Part shown: one piece after another, positions 1-14,122 of the stretch | Position numbering within the stretch: position 1 is the stretch's first letter | Layout of the letters: each line of letters begins with the position of its first letter | NCBI GenBank assembly: GCA_030248215.1 | Contig: JASANG010000641.1 | Span: forward strand, 186,001 to 250,000 | DNA: 64,000 bases | Direction of reading: 5' to 3' | Source of the DNA: Enoplolaimus lenunculus | Taxonomy: Eukaryota | Made by a program: the position numbers and the translations under genes | The notes under the pieces: model-generated | What the model was told of the DNA's origin: nothing | The model's input: the letters and a program-made list of their open reading frames with translations, nothing else | Database searches by the model: none

Positions 1-103
1 TCCGCTACACAGCGAAAATTACTCTGCTAGTTTTATCGCCACAAAAAGTATGGTAATTGCACAGGGCAACAACATAATTCTAAATAACACAACAAAATCT
101 TAC

Positions 104-3100
104 TCTGGACTGCAACGCAAAATTCAGATCTTTCACAGTTTGTTCGCATTCCATTTTCAATTGGTTCTTTTCGAATTCAAACTGATTCATGAGCAAGTCC
201 TAAAATGAAAATCAATCTGCATATGGAGTTATGATAAATATTCGCTTAGTATTTCATTCACAACTCAGTTTAAATTATTCTCTAGCCTACACTGTTAGCA
301 GCAATTTCAACGCTTGATCGTTAAACTGATTATAACATACCATCAGTTCGTAGACAGAATAAGCTATTTCCAAAGAAAATCTGTACGAGCCTAGCGCCTT
401 GTAAATTTTCATATGGATCAAGCATACTGAACACACACCCTTATTGTTTTCTTCCAGAAATTAAAGAAAAGAATTTCTCTAAAAATTACGTTTGCCTGAT
501 AAAAAATTTAACCTTTTCGCTCTTCAGCTCATCGATAGCTTGAGAATGCATGTTTTTCTCGCGCTGCAAGTCGTTTTCGAGTCTAAAAAAGAAAAACTAT
601 GAACCGGCAAACTTTAAGAACCAATGAACATGTGGGCAATACATATTCAGCACTTTGTTTGCATTTGAATTATCCTTCTTACACGCAAACCTTGAGATTA
701 TCATATGCCACAGTTTGCTTGTGTAAGGGCCTATCTAGCATCTGCCAATAAGCGATAGGTGCTACACACCTTTGAGAACACGGCAGCAGCTTTCAGGTAA
801 CCTTTAGATGCTATCATCATCCTGCCGTTTAAACTCACCGTTTAGCGCGATCATTTGCCCGGCGCAACTCGTCGCTGAGTCGTGAATTATCATGAGACAA
901 TCGTGTATTCGATGCAGTCGCAGATGAAACTTGCGCTTCAAGTTCGGCAATTTGTGCACGGAAATCAAGAATCGTTTTGCTAATATTTGCCTCTGACTCT
1001 GCGTGTGCGGCGCCTTTGCGTTCAGCTTCAGCTAAAAATATTAAGAATAAAAGCAAAAACAAATATACACCGTATCTATCGTTCAGATATTGTATACTAC
1101 AGTCACCCAACAAGACACAAATACCGCGAGCATAATTACGACTGCAGTCGCGACAAACAAAATATTAACTTTTCAATCATTTGCAAACGGTATTTAATAG
1201 CTATTCTAAGCGCGACTGCAAATCGGGTTTCGAAACTGAACTGCTTTACGTGACTGTAGCTTCAGAAAATGATAAGGTCACACTAACAGATACACACTTT
1301 AGCAGAGATCCAAACAGATCAGCATATATTCCAATTTTCTACAATTCGAACATTTTCAGGTACTCTATAAATTTTTGCAAAAAATTTTTCGACACGATGG
1401 AAGCAACAACACTATGAACTATGGTCTGAACATACCAATACGATCGTACAAAGACTTTTCAACACGTTCCCAGTTTGCTTGTTGAGCAGCAAACGAAGTT
1501 TGAAGACTTTCAATTTGTCGAAGCAACGGCTTTGTTGCTAAAAATATCAGTTCGTTCGTATATACAACCACACATGCCACATCACAAGCACTCAGTCCAC
1601 ACACACCATTATAATTATAGATTGTACAACACCAGTTATACTACTTTTCTGGATTGTAGGTACAATAAACGATCACCTGTTGCTGCGGTCTCAGATAAGT
1701 CTTCATTGCGCGCTTCAGCTTCTTGCAATTTCTGAAAAGCAAAAAACTGGAAAAATTCCTCGATAAGTTTTCGGTATGACAGAAACAAATCTAAACACAT
1801 AACATCTTTATTTAACGAACAGCTGTGCGAACTTTAAGCCATTACTTACATTTAAAAATAAAAGAAAAATAAAGCAGTAACTTCAGATTCACTGAAAATA
1901 TTACGATTTTAGAGCACCATATTTAAAAAAAGTTGTACATGTTTTACTTCAGGTGCAGATTTATTTGCGCGCTAATTTTGCAGCTACATGCTCATCTTAA
2001 GCCAATACATTGTACCATAATGCAAAACTACCCATTTCGAGTGATGACTAAGCAATAGTTAATTACAGACTACATACGTGAAGTTCATTTATAACTACGA
2101 TTTCGCCGCTGTTTAGCTGCAGTCTAAAACAAAACCTAATAAATAAAACAGACCCTTTGAGCCTGGGCAATATCCCAACGCAAAGATTCTTCGCGTCGAT
2201 TGTGCTCTTCAGTTGAATGCACTAGTGATATGCGTAGGTCTTCAATCTGCAACATTTTTTCTATTTAGTTATGAAATATGTTTAGAAAAATCACTGCTTG
2301 CTAAAGATACAGTTGCGGTCAGAATTAATGCTCAATTCTCGTTGGCAGACGTATGAAACTGCGTGTGACTACGTTTAATACTAATTTCTGCGTGCGTCTG
2401 CATCCGCGTGCATTTGCGTATGGGTTGACTTCGTTGTTAGTATTAGCATTATTAACATGTATATGATATAAAAACGGTTTCGCCTGCAGTTGCGTGCGTA
2501 TTTGCGTGAGCCTGCGATCGCTTACGTCTACGGCAGGGTGCAACCGGAAATCCGGTTCCGGTTCCGGCATTTTTTCACCTTCCGGTTCCGGTTCCGGTAA
2601 ATTTTTACCGGATTTAAAAATTTCGGTATTATAATTTGGTCGTTTTCTTAACTTTGCTAATTTTTAAGAATCTCTTTTGAAAGCCACTTGTACTCCGAAT
2701 ATAAGCCATTGATGGTGGATTTCACTTCAGACGATGATGAAAATCTAAAATATAACAGATAAAATAAATACCTATGTTCGACTAAGGTTGTTTCACAAAT
2801 AATAGAGCAAAAAATACGATTAAAAGGAAATTTTTGGTGAAATGCATTTTTCACTTTCCGGTTCCGGTTCCGGTAAAATTGTCAAATTCCGGTTCCGGTT
2901 CCGGTAAATTGTAATTCCGGTTGCACCCTGGTCTACGGGTGCACTTAATTAACGAACTAATCAAAGTGAGATCTGGAAACCTACAAAAATGTAGATAAAG
3001 CACAAAGTACTCTTAACTTTTAACCTTACTGAGCTCCGGTTTATAAGCTACAACAAAGCCTATCACCAACTGTTGACAGATGCTACACGCTTTTGAGAAT

Positions 3101-6100
3101 ATGAATCATTGATATCAAATAAGATGTTAAACTAGAAATTCCAAAATAATACCGCAAACGAAAACTACTTTTTAATAAAGCTATTATAAATTTAAATAAT
3201 TATACTCATAAATCTCACGAAGTGACAAACTCCAAGAAGTTTCGCAGTAAACCTTTCTGCTTCATAATACGAAATATATCCATACTTGCTGAAGATAAGT
3301 TTGTTTGTCAGACAAACGACCAGATTTTTCTTTCTCAAAACCTTCGCGAAATTCATCCGCTTTTGAGTTGCCAAGTTCAGCTTTAAGATGCTGAAATAAA
3401 AAAATATGTTGCACTATACTTTACTGTGCCGGACGCCGGCGGCGTTGATAACAAATGTATATGCAAAATCTATTTGGTGGCGTGCGGCAACCTTATTGAA
3501 GAAACTTTATCGTACCGCGCGCGGCGAGCGGCGGCGTTCAGCGGTGCGCGCTGAGTATAGCGCAACTCTTACTACTAAAATACAGGTTCAAAATATTTCA
3601 AACTAGAAACACTACGGCCGATGATATATTGTGTTTTAATAGACATGAAAACAAATAAGCTACAATTTGGACAGAGAAGCAGATTTATAATATACCTCAA
3701 TTTCAGCCTCGGCTAAAGCTTTAGCTTTGTGATGATCAGCAATCTCTCTTAAAATACAATAAAATATAATGCAAGCAAATAACCTTTAGTTCGATCTTAA
3801 ATTTAAAAGTAACTTCTTACAATATAAATTTTCATGACAGAAGAAAAACGTTCTGTAAGCTGCAACTAGTCGTGCCCGAAAAAGGTTTGATGTGTCATAT
3901 AAGCAACTTAAAACAAACAATTGCTTCTTCGTATTCAACAGTGATTTCGTTTTAGTACAGTACACTTTAAGGAAATATAAACATCGAGATTCTGTTTTGT
4001 TGCATTTCAACCATACTTGTAACATTTTTCAACAGTCATCTTTAGTGATGCTATTTTCTCTTGGGCATTTTCTAGCTGGTCCTGCAAGTAACAAATTATA
4101 TTATTGCGCAATTCAAAACAAAGCAATGAAACCACTTCTGAAATACTATGTACAGTTAATAACCAATTTATGACTACAACAACCTTTATAAAACATTGAA
4201 CGGAACAGAAATTTTATACACGATTGAAATATGTTTAAAACAAAATTACGTAAAAACATTGACTAAATATACTTCAAGCTCCGCAGCAGCACGATCTTGT
4301 TTGTCAACAGCTGATTCAGCATTGTATAGTTTACCTGATAAAAACCATGTTGCACAAAACAAAATAATAAAGCTATTCCGCAAAACCTGAGTTAAATTAA
4401 GAAACAGATTCTGAAATAAATAACGACTAACCGCACCCCACACAACATAGCACGGGCATTTACAACTACCCGTTGTAGTCGCAGTAAGCAAGCACTAACT
4501 TGCTAACCGTAATGTTGGCTATTTCAGAAACATTTTGCTCAAGCAAGTACACTATAGTTCAAAAAGAAATTCGTTAAAGCTAATGTCCGTATTCTCAAGC
4601 GTGCAACACCTATCGCCGGCGGTGATTGGTTCGTGCTATGTTCTGAACCAAGTAATGATGATCTTCCAAATTTAGTGCGTTTATTCAATTAATTTCAACC
4701 TGCTAGTGTAATAAAAATTTCAGTTTCAATGTTGTGTTCACGTGTTTGGAAACATATATTTAACAAGTGACAGGGGTTACACACAGCTGCGAATACGACT
4801 CAAGATTCTAAATACAAAACAAACTGCATAATTACTTTCTGCGATGCGCAACTGCTCTTCAAGTTGCTTGATACGTTTCTTTGCTTCATCCATGTCTTTC
4901 AATTTATTCCTGCAATACAGCAGATATTTTATTTTAAACTCTCCATTCAAAATTCACATAATGCACGTGAATATAAGTTTTTGAAATATCACTCACTTTG
5001 GACAATTTCCTTCATTATGTAAAAATCTGGAAATCATGGCGTGGCATATAAACATTTTCGGCATTTGACAATTGTTGAAAATTTTCCGATTTGTTTACAA
5101 GTCTTCCAAACGAATAAATCATTCGACTGACTTCTACAAAACCAAGCTACATTAAAGGCTGAAAACGCAGAAAACGCTACAAAACATACTTCTGTGTTTC
5201 AATCAATTTCGTCGCTTCGCGTTCTTGTTCACGCAACTTTTTGATAATATTCGACTGCTTGAGTTCATTTTTAGCCAGTTTTTGACCTGAAGTACATTGA
5301 CATCGAAAAAGCTTTAAATTCAAACTCAACCGCTTTCCGACAGACATATAAACTATCCTCGCTCAAAGCATCAAATTATGTTTCTTTAGCTCGATACTGG
5401 CCAGAAACAATTCGCAATCATATAAAATCTTTACATTACCTTCATCCATTAGCTGTTTAATTTCTTCGTCCTTTTCTTTCAACAAATGATCTGTTTCCTT
5501 CAGCTTCTCGCTGCAATAATATATCGATTCCCATTGCAGCACTGGTTGCCTCCCCTCGAACATTTAACGGTTAAACTACGATTGCAATGGTGATACAACA
5601 TGCTTCATATTACACATTTAGATAATTCAAACACAGATAACACTTTTTTCTTCCATTCTATTGTAAAAAAATCTGTGCCAAAAGAACGGAATAAGCGGAA
5701 GCTACAACCACAAGTAGCATCACTACTTTCGTCAGTACCAGAATTAAGTTGCTTAATACCAACAGAACCAACGTGTATAATTTTTAATCTACATCCAATA
5801 ATGCAAGGCTTCCAATTTACAGTGTCCATGTTACACGTTGACACAAAATCCAGACACAAAATCCACAATAAATAACGAATGGCATACTCAATTTTCTGAT
5901 AGTTTTCGCACTGTTCACGTAACAAATTCAATTCTTGTGACAAAATATGAATTGATTGTGCAGAATTGTCAGCGTCGGCTTTTACCTGTGAAGCTTGAGC
6001 AACCCTAAAGCTCATATATTAGCACGTAACAGTACAGTAAATTCGACTAATGCGACAAAAATAGCGTTTATTTATTAAATCGGCATGCTATACCAACTGA

Positions 6101-9100
6101 GTATAACCTATACAAAAGATGTATCAGCATGTATGATTGTTTTTGGCATACTTGTATTTCTGAGACGACAACTTCGAAATTCTTCTAAATATACATGCTA
6201 AAAAATTCAAATCTATAAGTCATTCCGCATATACCCTTATTTTCTAACCTGCAATCGTCTATCGACTCTTTAAAGCAATGCGCCAGATCAAAACGCATAG
6301 CGCTGGTACATTTTGTAGCACACACGTTTTGGTAAGTTGCATACTTTTGTTCAAAAAGTGATTATCGACTCTTGATTATACCAAGATTGGATGTAGTTTT
6401 TAAACAAAAAGAATCAACTGTGCCCATTCTGTATAAAACAGAATGTACCCACGCGCCTTGGAATTTCGCGATTGGTACATTTTATACCATGCAAAACCCA
6501 AGCAGTTGCATACTCTTGTCTAAAAAGTGTAACCAACGAATTACAAGTTAACAAAATTTTATAAATCATACAACATTCGAATCATAAAAGATAAAATTTC
6601 GAATTGTAAACAAACTCTTACCTTTGTCGTTTCAAATTAATATTCTCTTCTGTAAGTCGTGCGTTTGCATTGCTCAGCTGCATAATGCTTTTCTCGCGAG
6701 CCATTAACACTTCTGACATGTGAGCTATTTTCTCACGATACACGTCTGCTTGATTGGCACCCAAGTCTCCCCATTCCCCACTAGTATTGTGTGGATCTGA
6801 AACAACGAAGCAATTTGCTGAATTTTATACATAGCTGCTGGCTGACCATTTTAGACTAAAATACAAACTAATCTTGATAACACCTAAAACCTAAAATTGC
6901 TGGCGCAAAACTGCTAGAAAAAAATGTGACACTACATACCATAACTGATGCTCAACTCGGGGTGCTACATATATTTTGAGAATACACGCACAGAAACTAC
7001 TACTACATCAGCAAACGCTGCAAGCTTACACCGACTATGTCCAACAGCGTGCAAAGCAACCAACGGGTGTTTCGGTGGCGACGCAGCGTGCTGTGACGTA
7101 AACCCAGCGCCACTTCGAAAACTTCTCTCCGAGCCATTATCACCATTCGGAGTTGGATTCGAAAGAATTTCTATATCTGACGACATAGCACAGCTCTCAA
7201 TATCGTCCGGCGACGTATATCCAGAACCTGGAACAATGAATTTGCTTTGTTACAACGTTTGATTTGCAACTTTGATTTAATGAAAAAATTTTGCTGTCAT
7301 AAGCTAGTGATTCTTTCGTAAGCGGTCTAACGACAACAATGAGAGTAATTTCAAGACTAAAACACTGCTGATTTCAATAAAATGATGCGCACATGCATAT
7401 CACTTATCGCCAGCCAGGAAGTTAGACTAGATAAAACGTAAATTCGAACGCCAACACAACTACTTGCAAGAATTCTGAACCCGTGTTTGCACTTTATCAA
7501 AAACGATAACCTAAACTTGTGTTATACCTTTCAGTATGTGACATATCGACGATGTCTCTTCAGTCCCAGCAGATGATTTCCTCTCACAGTTCGGTTTCCC
7601 GTTCTCTTCAGTCAGCGGTGGTGAACTGTCCGGAGACGAAATATCATGTTGCCCCCCGCTACCCGACCGTCGTGATTGGACGTCAATTTGAACAAACGAG
7701 CTAGCCACACTACCAGCCTCAGGTATGCTTGGGCTAGGAGTATGAGGCATGACCTCCTCGGCAATTTGGTCACGACTTGCGGTAATACTTGAATGAGACG
7801 ATATAATATCACAAACCGAATTGCACGTAGTGTCCGCAGCAACAATTTCAAGAGAGTTTGATATCACAGGATGCTCTGGTTCATTCTCTATTCTAACGTT
7901 GGCCTTCCCTTCAGCTTTATCCCTGTCATCTTCGCTTGTTATATCTGCGCACGCCACTTCAATCAATTGCCTTATCACGTCACGGACAACAACAGCACTA
8001 TCATCATCGTTTGCCCTCAGGTGAGCACTGAGCTCCTCAGAATCCTTTCTGCACGGTTGCGCCAGAGGTGTTGCATCGAAATTTACACCAGACCGCATTA
8101 GCGATGGCGGATCACTGAGTACTACACCGGTTTGTAATAAGCTCAAATCGTTCGAAGACATTTCACGTGAAGACCCACTGCTACCGCCAGTTAAAAGCGA
8201 GCTAGAATGAGTAGAGCTCAGTTTCTCGCTTGATTGTGTCATTATCCCTGCCACAGGCGTCGTTGAATCAATCACTGTACACGTGCTTTCAGAGTCTGTT
8301 CCTGTACCATGGTCATTCTCAGTTCGTGGTTCGGACCCTAAATAACATTTCAAATTTAATAGTTAATGGCAATGCTTCTCAAAGTATCCCTCTATCGCCG
8401 CGGTTATCAGTTTGAACCTCAACCAAATCTACACTCAAACGAATCAATACAACTACACTATATCGGCAACTATATGTTACGATAAACACAGATAATGATA
8501 CCTATACCAATGCCTTGGTTTTAACAATATGCATATATATCGACCAGCACTAGCTGTTAAACAACTTACAATCAATGTAACCGTTGTATAACCGAAAAAT
8601 ATGTTTTAGGCACAACTAAGAACATCTGCAACATACCTCTCGCAGTAAAAACATACGTAGACTCACTACTCTCACTATCATTCAAAATATCCCATGCTCA
8701 CATACCTATGCCTGGTGACGTAAAGCACGGAGATTCAGCCTTTGTGCTTTCTACGTCAGCACTAAAGGGGCATACCGTTTCATCAACCGGCATCGGAGCA
8801 GAATTCGAATGCTTCTGACCAACACTAACTGTTGAACTTTGATGATTCGAACGTCTGTTTGATACTACACTAACAACTTTGCCAGATCCGTCACCAAGCT
8901 TGGCTTCACCACCAGGTGTCAAAATGGTAGACGGTTCCAAACAGAGCTGTAGATCAATTGACTTGATCGGGTCTTCTGCGGAACTAGCCGGCGTTATAAG
9001 ATTTTCGAGGTTGGAAAAATTGATTGCCGAACTTGCTGGTTGAGTAGCTGCATCACGAACATTCAAATCATCTAATATTAAAGGTTCCAGATCAGATCGG

Positions 9101-10787
9101 CCAGGTTGCCATTTGTTTGAAGCAGAAGACATGTGATCGGGGTACGGAAAGTTGTCGGACTTAAGGCCATGGTCGAGCCCTAAATAATTTGAAGTTGTAT
9201 CTAATACAAGACTTTCACCCGTTGTGTGTTCTGCGTCAGTACCAGGAGGTGAAGGCACACAAAGTTCTTCGCTATTCCAATCGTTGTCAAGGTAAATGTC
9301 CTGGCTAACTAATTCTTGTGACTGTTTCCCAGAAATCTGAAATCGGTCCGAAGTACAACTCAAACCTCCACCTGCGAAAGAGCTGGAGGTTAGAGATCCA
9401 GAACTTTTAACTTTAGTGAACGCGGAGAGCGTTGGATGTGATGTAAATGACGAGCTGCCACTAAGACTAAGACTTCCGTCAGTAATACATTTGTTTGAGT
9501 CCTGCTTAGATTTTTTCACGGAGGTTTCCCCATCATTTTCCTCATCCATGTCGCTTGAGTTATTGCCGCTACGAGACTTGTATTTTGAAGTTGCTTCTGT
9601 GTTCAAGAACGCTGAATCAGATTCAACATCATTAGGACCTCGCATTTTGGAATCATCGTCGTCCTCTCTTTGTGTAGCTCCTAGCCACGTAGACCATGTC
9701 CGACCATAACTTGATTTTTTAGTTGATCGTGAGCTTTGACTAGCTCTAGTTGGCCAACTAAGTTCTTCGCTGCGTTTGTCGCTTATTTCTTGAGTTTCTT
9801 CTTTGTCATGAGAGATTGAGGCTCTGCTAATATCACTAAATGATGGAGCTAGCCGACCTCCGGGTACCAAGGATTCAATATTAGTCGGTAGCCAGGATTT
9901 AAGCTGTTTAAGAGATGGGGTGGCAACGGGTAGAACTTTCTTTGGATCAACCAGATACGAAACACTGCCAGCGTTTGAATCAGAAACGGTATTGGAACTT
10001 GTGCGAGTTTCTTGATAGCATTGTGAGTCAAAAATTATCCCATCTTCGGTATACAAATATCCTGCTGATGAAGGAAATGCTGTTAACGTGTTGTCTTCTT
10101 GTGCGTCGCTTTTTATTTCATCATTCGAATCACTCGACTTTAAGCCAAACGCAGAGAAAAACTCATCTTGCAGATGCTTTCCCAAAGTTTCTTAAATCAA
10201 CAAATCATGAATAGCTCGCAAAAATAAGGAATACTAAAATTAGGAGAGGGGGTAATTTTTACTGGCAAAATTACTGTTTTAATGGAAAATCAAATTTAAC
10301 CATGCCTGCTCGCTCTTGTATACTTCACGCAACATGTAAACATACTTTACACGTTTTATATATTATATAAACTGAAAAAAGTGTGTTTGACGTCCACAAA
10401 ACTAATTTTTAAGGTTAAAAATACATAACCAGGTGGTAAAATCTCGAGTGGAGTGGAACTTGAACCAATGGCAAATCGAGTTTGGTAGGGTTTGGCCGAA
10501 TGGACGCCCACCGCCAGCCTTTGCATTCTTCCACGGTGCTCTATACAGTATATAACTCAGCAGCACTACGTCAAAGACCGAAAGCTACACAAACCTAATC
10601 AGTTTTCAAACTAGGTAATCCATACACGTCATAACAGTTAGCATGCAAAAAATTCTATACCATTACTACTGCCACCAATCTGCAAACCACCATTGGGATC
10701 TTGAATATCAAGTGCTTTATCAATTCGCTTTTGGGCAGAGCCGATGGCTGATTTGGCCAGTGAGGCCCAATCTGACCAGCCACTCAT
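104..10787 (-). CDS. TMF1: TATA element modulatory factor 1 (golgin TMF/ARA160), multi-exon, 3'-partial (continues below position 1)
   Basis: ATG at 10787 gives MSGWSDWASLAKSAIGSAQKRIDKALDIQ, similar to the TMF1 N-terminus (human FAKQALSQAQKSIDRVLDIQ). Phase-consistent exons: 10787-10661, 10540-10430, 10166-8706 (DEFFSAF), 8337-7528, 7227-7030 (SGYTSPDDIESCAMSSDIEILS), 6796-6622, ~6004-5888, ~5510-5440 and ~5286-5190 (LLKEKDEEIKQLMDEGQKLAKNELKQSNIIKKLRE, TMF coiled coil). Further small coiled-coil exons include ~1527-1433 (TKPLLRQIESLQ) and 199-104. Confidence 0.92.
2534..2930. mobile_element. hAT-type MITE, family A (397 bp), in a TMF1 intron
   Basis: TIR CAGGGTGCAACCGGAA / TTCCGGTTGCACCCTG; perfect 8-bp TSD GTCTACGG (2526-2533, 2931-2938); subterminal (CCGGTT)n arrays. 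Confidence 0.93.
3406..3571. mobile_element. GC-rich Tourist/Harbinger-like MITE relic
   Basis: GTTGCACTATACT / AGTATAGCGCAAC inverted ends, TTA at the right flank, CGGCG-rich interior. A similar right end (GAGTATAACGCCGCTTTTA) lies at ~15138-15156. Confidence 0.55.
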
Positions 10788-11597
10788 TGTTCAACTGTAA
10801 GAATCTCAATTAAGACCAACATCCTATAATAAAAATTGCAAAAGCACTACACTTCCGCGAAAAACTTTGCTTTCAATTTATTGCTACCTTGTTGTTTAAG
10901 TGTTAAATGTTGATTAACTCTTCTAACCTGTGGCTCAAATTTCATAATACGTATATATAACTAGCAAACCAGGAAGCAATTTATTGCTTTGCAAGCGGAA
11001 ATAAGCAAATCAAGCTCATGCATGTCAGCAAGTGGTGCATGTCCTTGGAATTTTAGGTTATTAATTTTTATACTGTTAAATCTCACTTTCTTTTAATTTG
11101 CATTCCTTTTCCTTATTTCTGACTGTGAATACGGTGGCAAGTAACTGTGAGCCACATAAAGTCCATAAATTCGCGCCGATAAACTAACTTAAAAATTTAC
11201 TTTCATTTCAAAAATTAAGTCTACATAGTTAACGGTATTACGCGGCTATTTTCAGGGTTTTATGCGCTATATTCTGTGTAATTTTTAACTGTTGTTGTTT
11301 TTGTGGCTGTGGTTTGGCGGTGCAGCGTCACTGAATCGAAGTTGTCCGAGCAAACGCCACCTCACCACACGCACTGAGTTTTCGTGGAAACTAGCGAGGG
11401 TCGTAATATCCGGACTTCCAAACTGCCTATTCTTGTACCATTGTTATATTTGTAGCGGCTAGGTCATGTGAGCATGCGAATTTATATTGTAGTTTCGTAA
11501 TGTTGTACGCGGTGGTTTTAGTAAACTTAGGCGGAATTAAGCTATTTCTTAGCAAGACAATAACGCCTAGGTACCACAGTCCGGACACTGTAAATAC

Positions 11598-11942
11598 CAG
11601 AGTTCCAATGGAATTCCGATTCCGGCTGAAATTTTGACAAAATTTGCATTCCGATTCCGATTTCGGAATTCCGGTGTTTTCGGTGACATGTTTTTCCATC
11701 AAAATTATTTCATATTTAAACTTATGTTCCACCTTGATTTAAGGCAAGCCACTGAAAACTTACACCGAGAAAATGCTGTGTAAACTGTGAAATAAAATCT
11801 GTTTGGTCTTACGACTAAAAATAAACGAAATCATAACACACTTATAACTAAAAATTCTGATTCCAGTTAAGATTCTGGTTCCAACGAGCAAATTCAATTC
11901 CGATTCCGATCCCAATAAAATTAAGGTCCTGTTGGAACCCTG
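11598..11942. mobile_element. hAT-type MITE (CCGATT subterminal repeats)
   Basis: TIR CAGAGTTCCAA / TTGGAACCCTG; perfect TSD GTAAATAC (11590-11597, 11943-11950). Confidence 0.85.
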
Positions 11943-14122
11943 GTAAATACTAAAAAATAATGGTGTTCCGAAACCAAAATCTTTGCCGATGTCGATGGCG
12001 ATTTTTTATCTTACTGATATACTTCAGCAACTTCAAGTAATAGCATTCTAATTCACTGCTAAAGATAATTTTTATGCAATGAACAGCGCGCCCATAAATC
12101 TGTAACGCTCCACCCCTATGAACTGTTTAACTAGCTGTGCGTCCTCCATCCTTTAATGTCACTGGCGTCTTCGCATAATCTCATTTTGTAGGCATCACAT
12201 TAATTTCACACTCTACGTTGCACAACCACTAGCTATGCAATTTAACATTTTATCCGTGGTTAAGAACGGTAAATGTCCGTGGTTTTCGCAGTTCGGTTCC
12301 TGAACCACATCCCCTTATAAGTTACGTTTCCTGGTGGTGAATTTTCACAGAACCAAAAGCAATATTATTATTATAGTATAAAATATTTCACTGAAGGATG
12401 GTTCATATTTAGCAAGTGGAAGCAATTGACTGATGAGCGTCATGTCAAATATAGAAAAATAATCCAAAATTATTGAACTACGGCAACAGCATTGCAAATT
12501 GCAGCTATTGTTTCCTCACGTAGGAGGTTCGACTTCTGGGTTAAACCCGTCTACAGTTATAAAGCAAATTAAACGGTGGACATCGGATCCCAAGTTTTCA
12601 TTTTTAATACAGTGTGAATTATTGTACCACAGGAAATCTAGTCAGAAAATACCTCGAAAACAAAACGAACGAGAAACCAAGCACAAGTTTTTTTTAATAC
12701 AGCACCAATTTCTAGTTTGGAGTGTATCTACTTTGGAGGAAAAGCATCCGATTCACGAGAAACGTAGAACAACAAAGAAAACCTGGCGAAAATAAAAGCG
12801 CGGAATCATCCCAGTGCCACTTATGTGAACGTCGTTAATATAAATCTGAATGCATGAAGAAAAACACCTTGAGCTAGGCGTGCAAGAGTGAAATCCTAAT
12901 TTAGAGTCCATCAATGTCAATTATAACTAACTGTAGCGCATAAATGACTCCAGGACCAAATAAAGCTGAGTTCGAATCTTTAAAGCGTACTTAAGTTTTG
13001 AAAATACGATCCTAAGTCAAGGCAAATAAACTTTGAATTCAACGGATAATTGCAGTACCAGATATATCACAGTAACGAAGGGTGTCGGGGGGGGGGGGAA
13101 AAAAAAAAAAAACAGCTCGAAAACAAAGAAAGGGAGTAACCCCGGGGGCGGCCAAAAAAATATCCCCCCCCCTTTTATTCGGGTATCTACACTAGCCATA
13201 ATGTCCTAACAATTAAAATCTTTTATTGTGTATTATGTATGTAATTGCAAACATCGCGATAGACAAAAATTTAGAAAAAACACAAAATCGAATTTTTTTC
13301 GTTTTAAACACTTCATACAATGCACTAGCTTCAATATCCGTTTAGACAGTGATTGCTAATTTTAAGTATTAATACCCTATTCTGCATGAATTTATATTTA
13401 ACTGAAACTGTGCTTTTCAAGTATGTATCCAAAACGGGTCATTGAAGTCAGAGGTGTTTATCGTTAATATATCAGTCAGCTATTGAAACTTGTCACTCGA
13501 GCCCGAGTGCACTCTCACGTCTTCTGTACAACTTATTCTGAGTATACGCTGAACAACTGTTCGTTTTTGTAGCCACAATTGAATACCTACTATTGGCCAG
13601 ATTTGTATGCTTCCAATTTCGGTCATAATTCTTAATACATGCATCGGACCATGCATCGAAGAAACTGTGCCAGAGCCGGAACCAGCGCCGCAGTGAAAGT
13701 AAATCAAGTAGATATAAATTCTCACGATAAATTTACTAACTTTTAGCAATTATCTGTATTCCCTTGTCAAGATTCATGAATTTCATTTTGAACTTCTTTT
13801 TTTAGCTCAAGTTCAAAAATACAGTGAACTACGACGACAGCTTAACATTAACTAAAAAATTTCACAACCAAAATTGCAGGAATTTCCAGCGTAGGTATTA
13901 AATTCTACCAATGCCGTATTCGAAGATCGTCAATTTCCTGCAGACGTAACAATAGCGAAAGGCAGACCTCCGGTTGTATCCTAATTTACAGTTTAGGCAC
14001 GACACTGTTTAAAACACAAAGCGAGCTAAATTAGCTTTTCAGCCGTATTGTTGCTCACAATGCACGCGTTTTTCGTTACCATAACGGCAATATTTGAACT
14101 CGAATTACATGTTGAATTGTTA

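Noticed and set aside
8698..10185. 495-aa ORF (likewise the 518-aa and 337-aa ORFs at 26.5-29.7 kb) as independent intronless genes
   Set aside because: They are bounded by in-phase splice sites and are internal exons of TMF1 and FRMD4.
10788..10800. Acceptor AG just upstream of the TMF1 ATG (similarly ~58291 for RFWD3) as evidence of SL trans-splicing
   Set aside because: An ordinary 5' UTR intron explains it equally well. 5'-end reads are needed.
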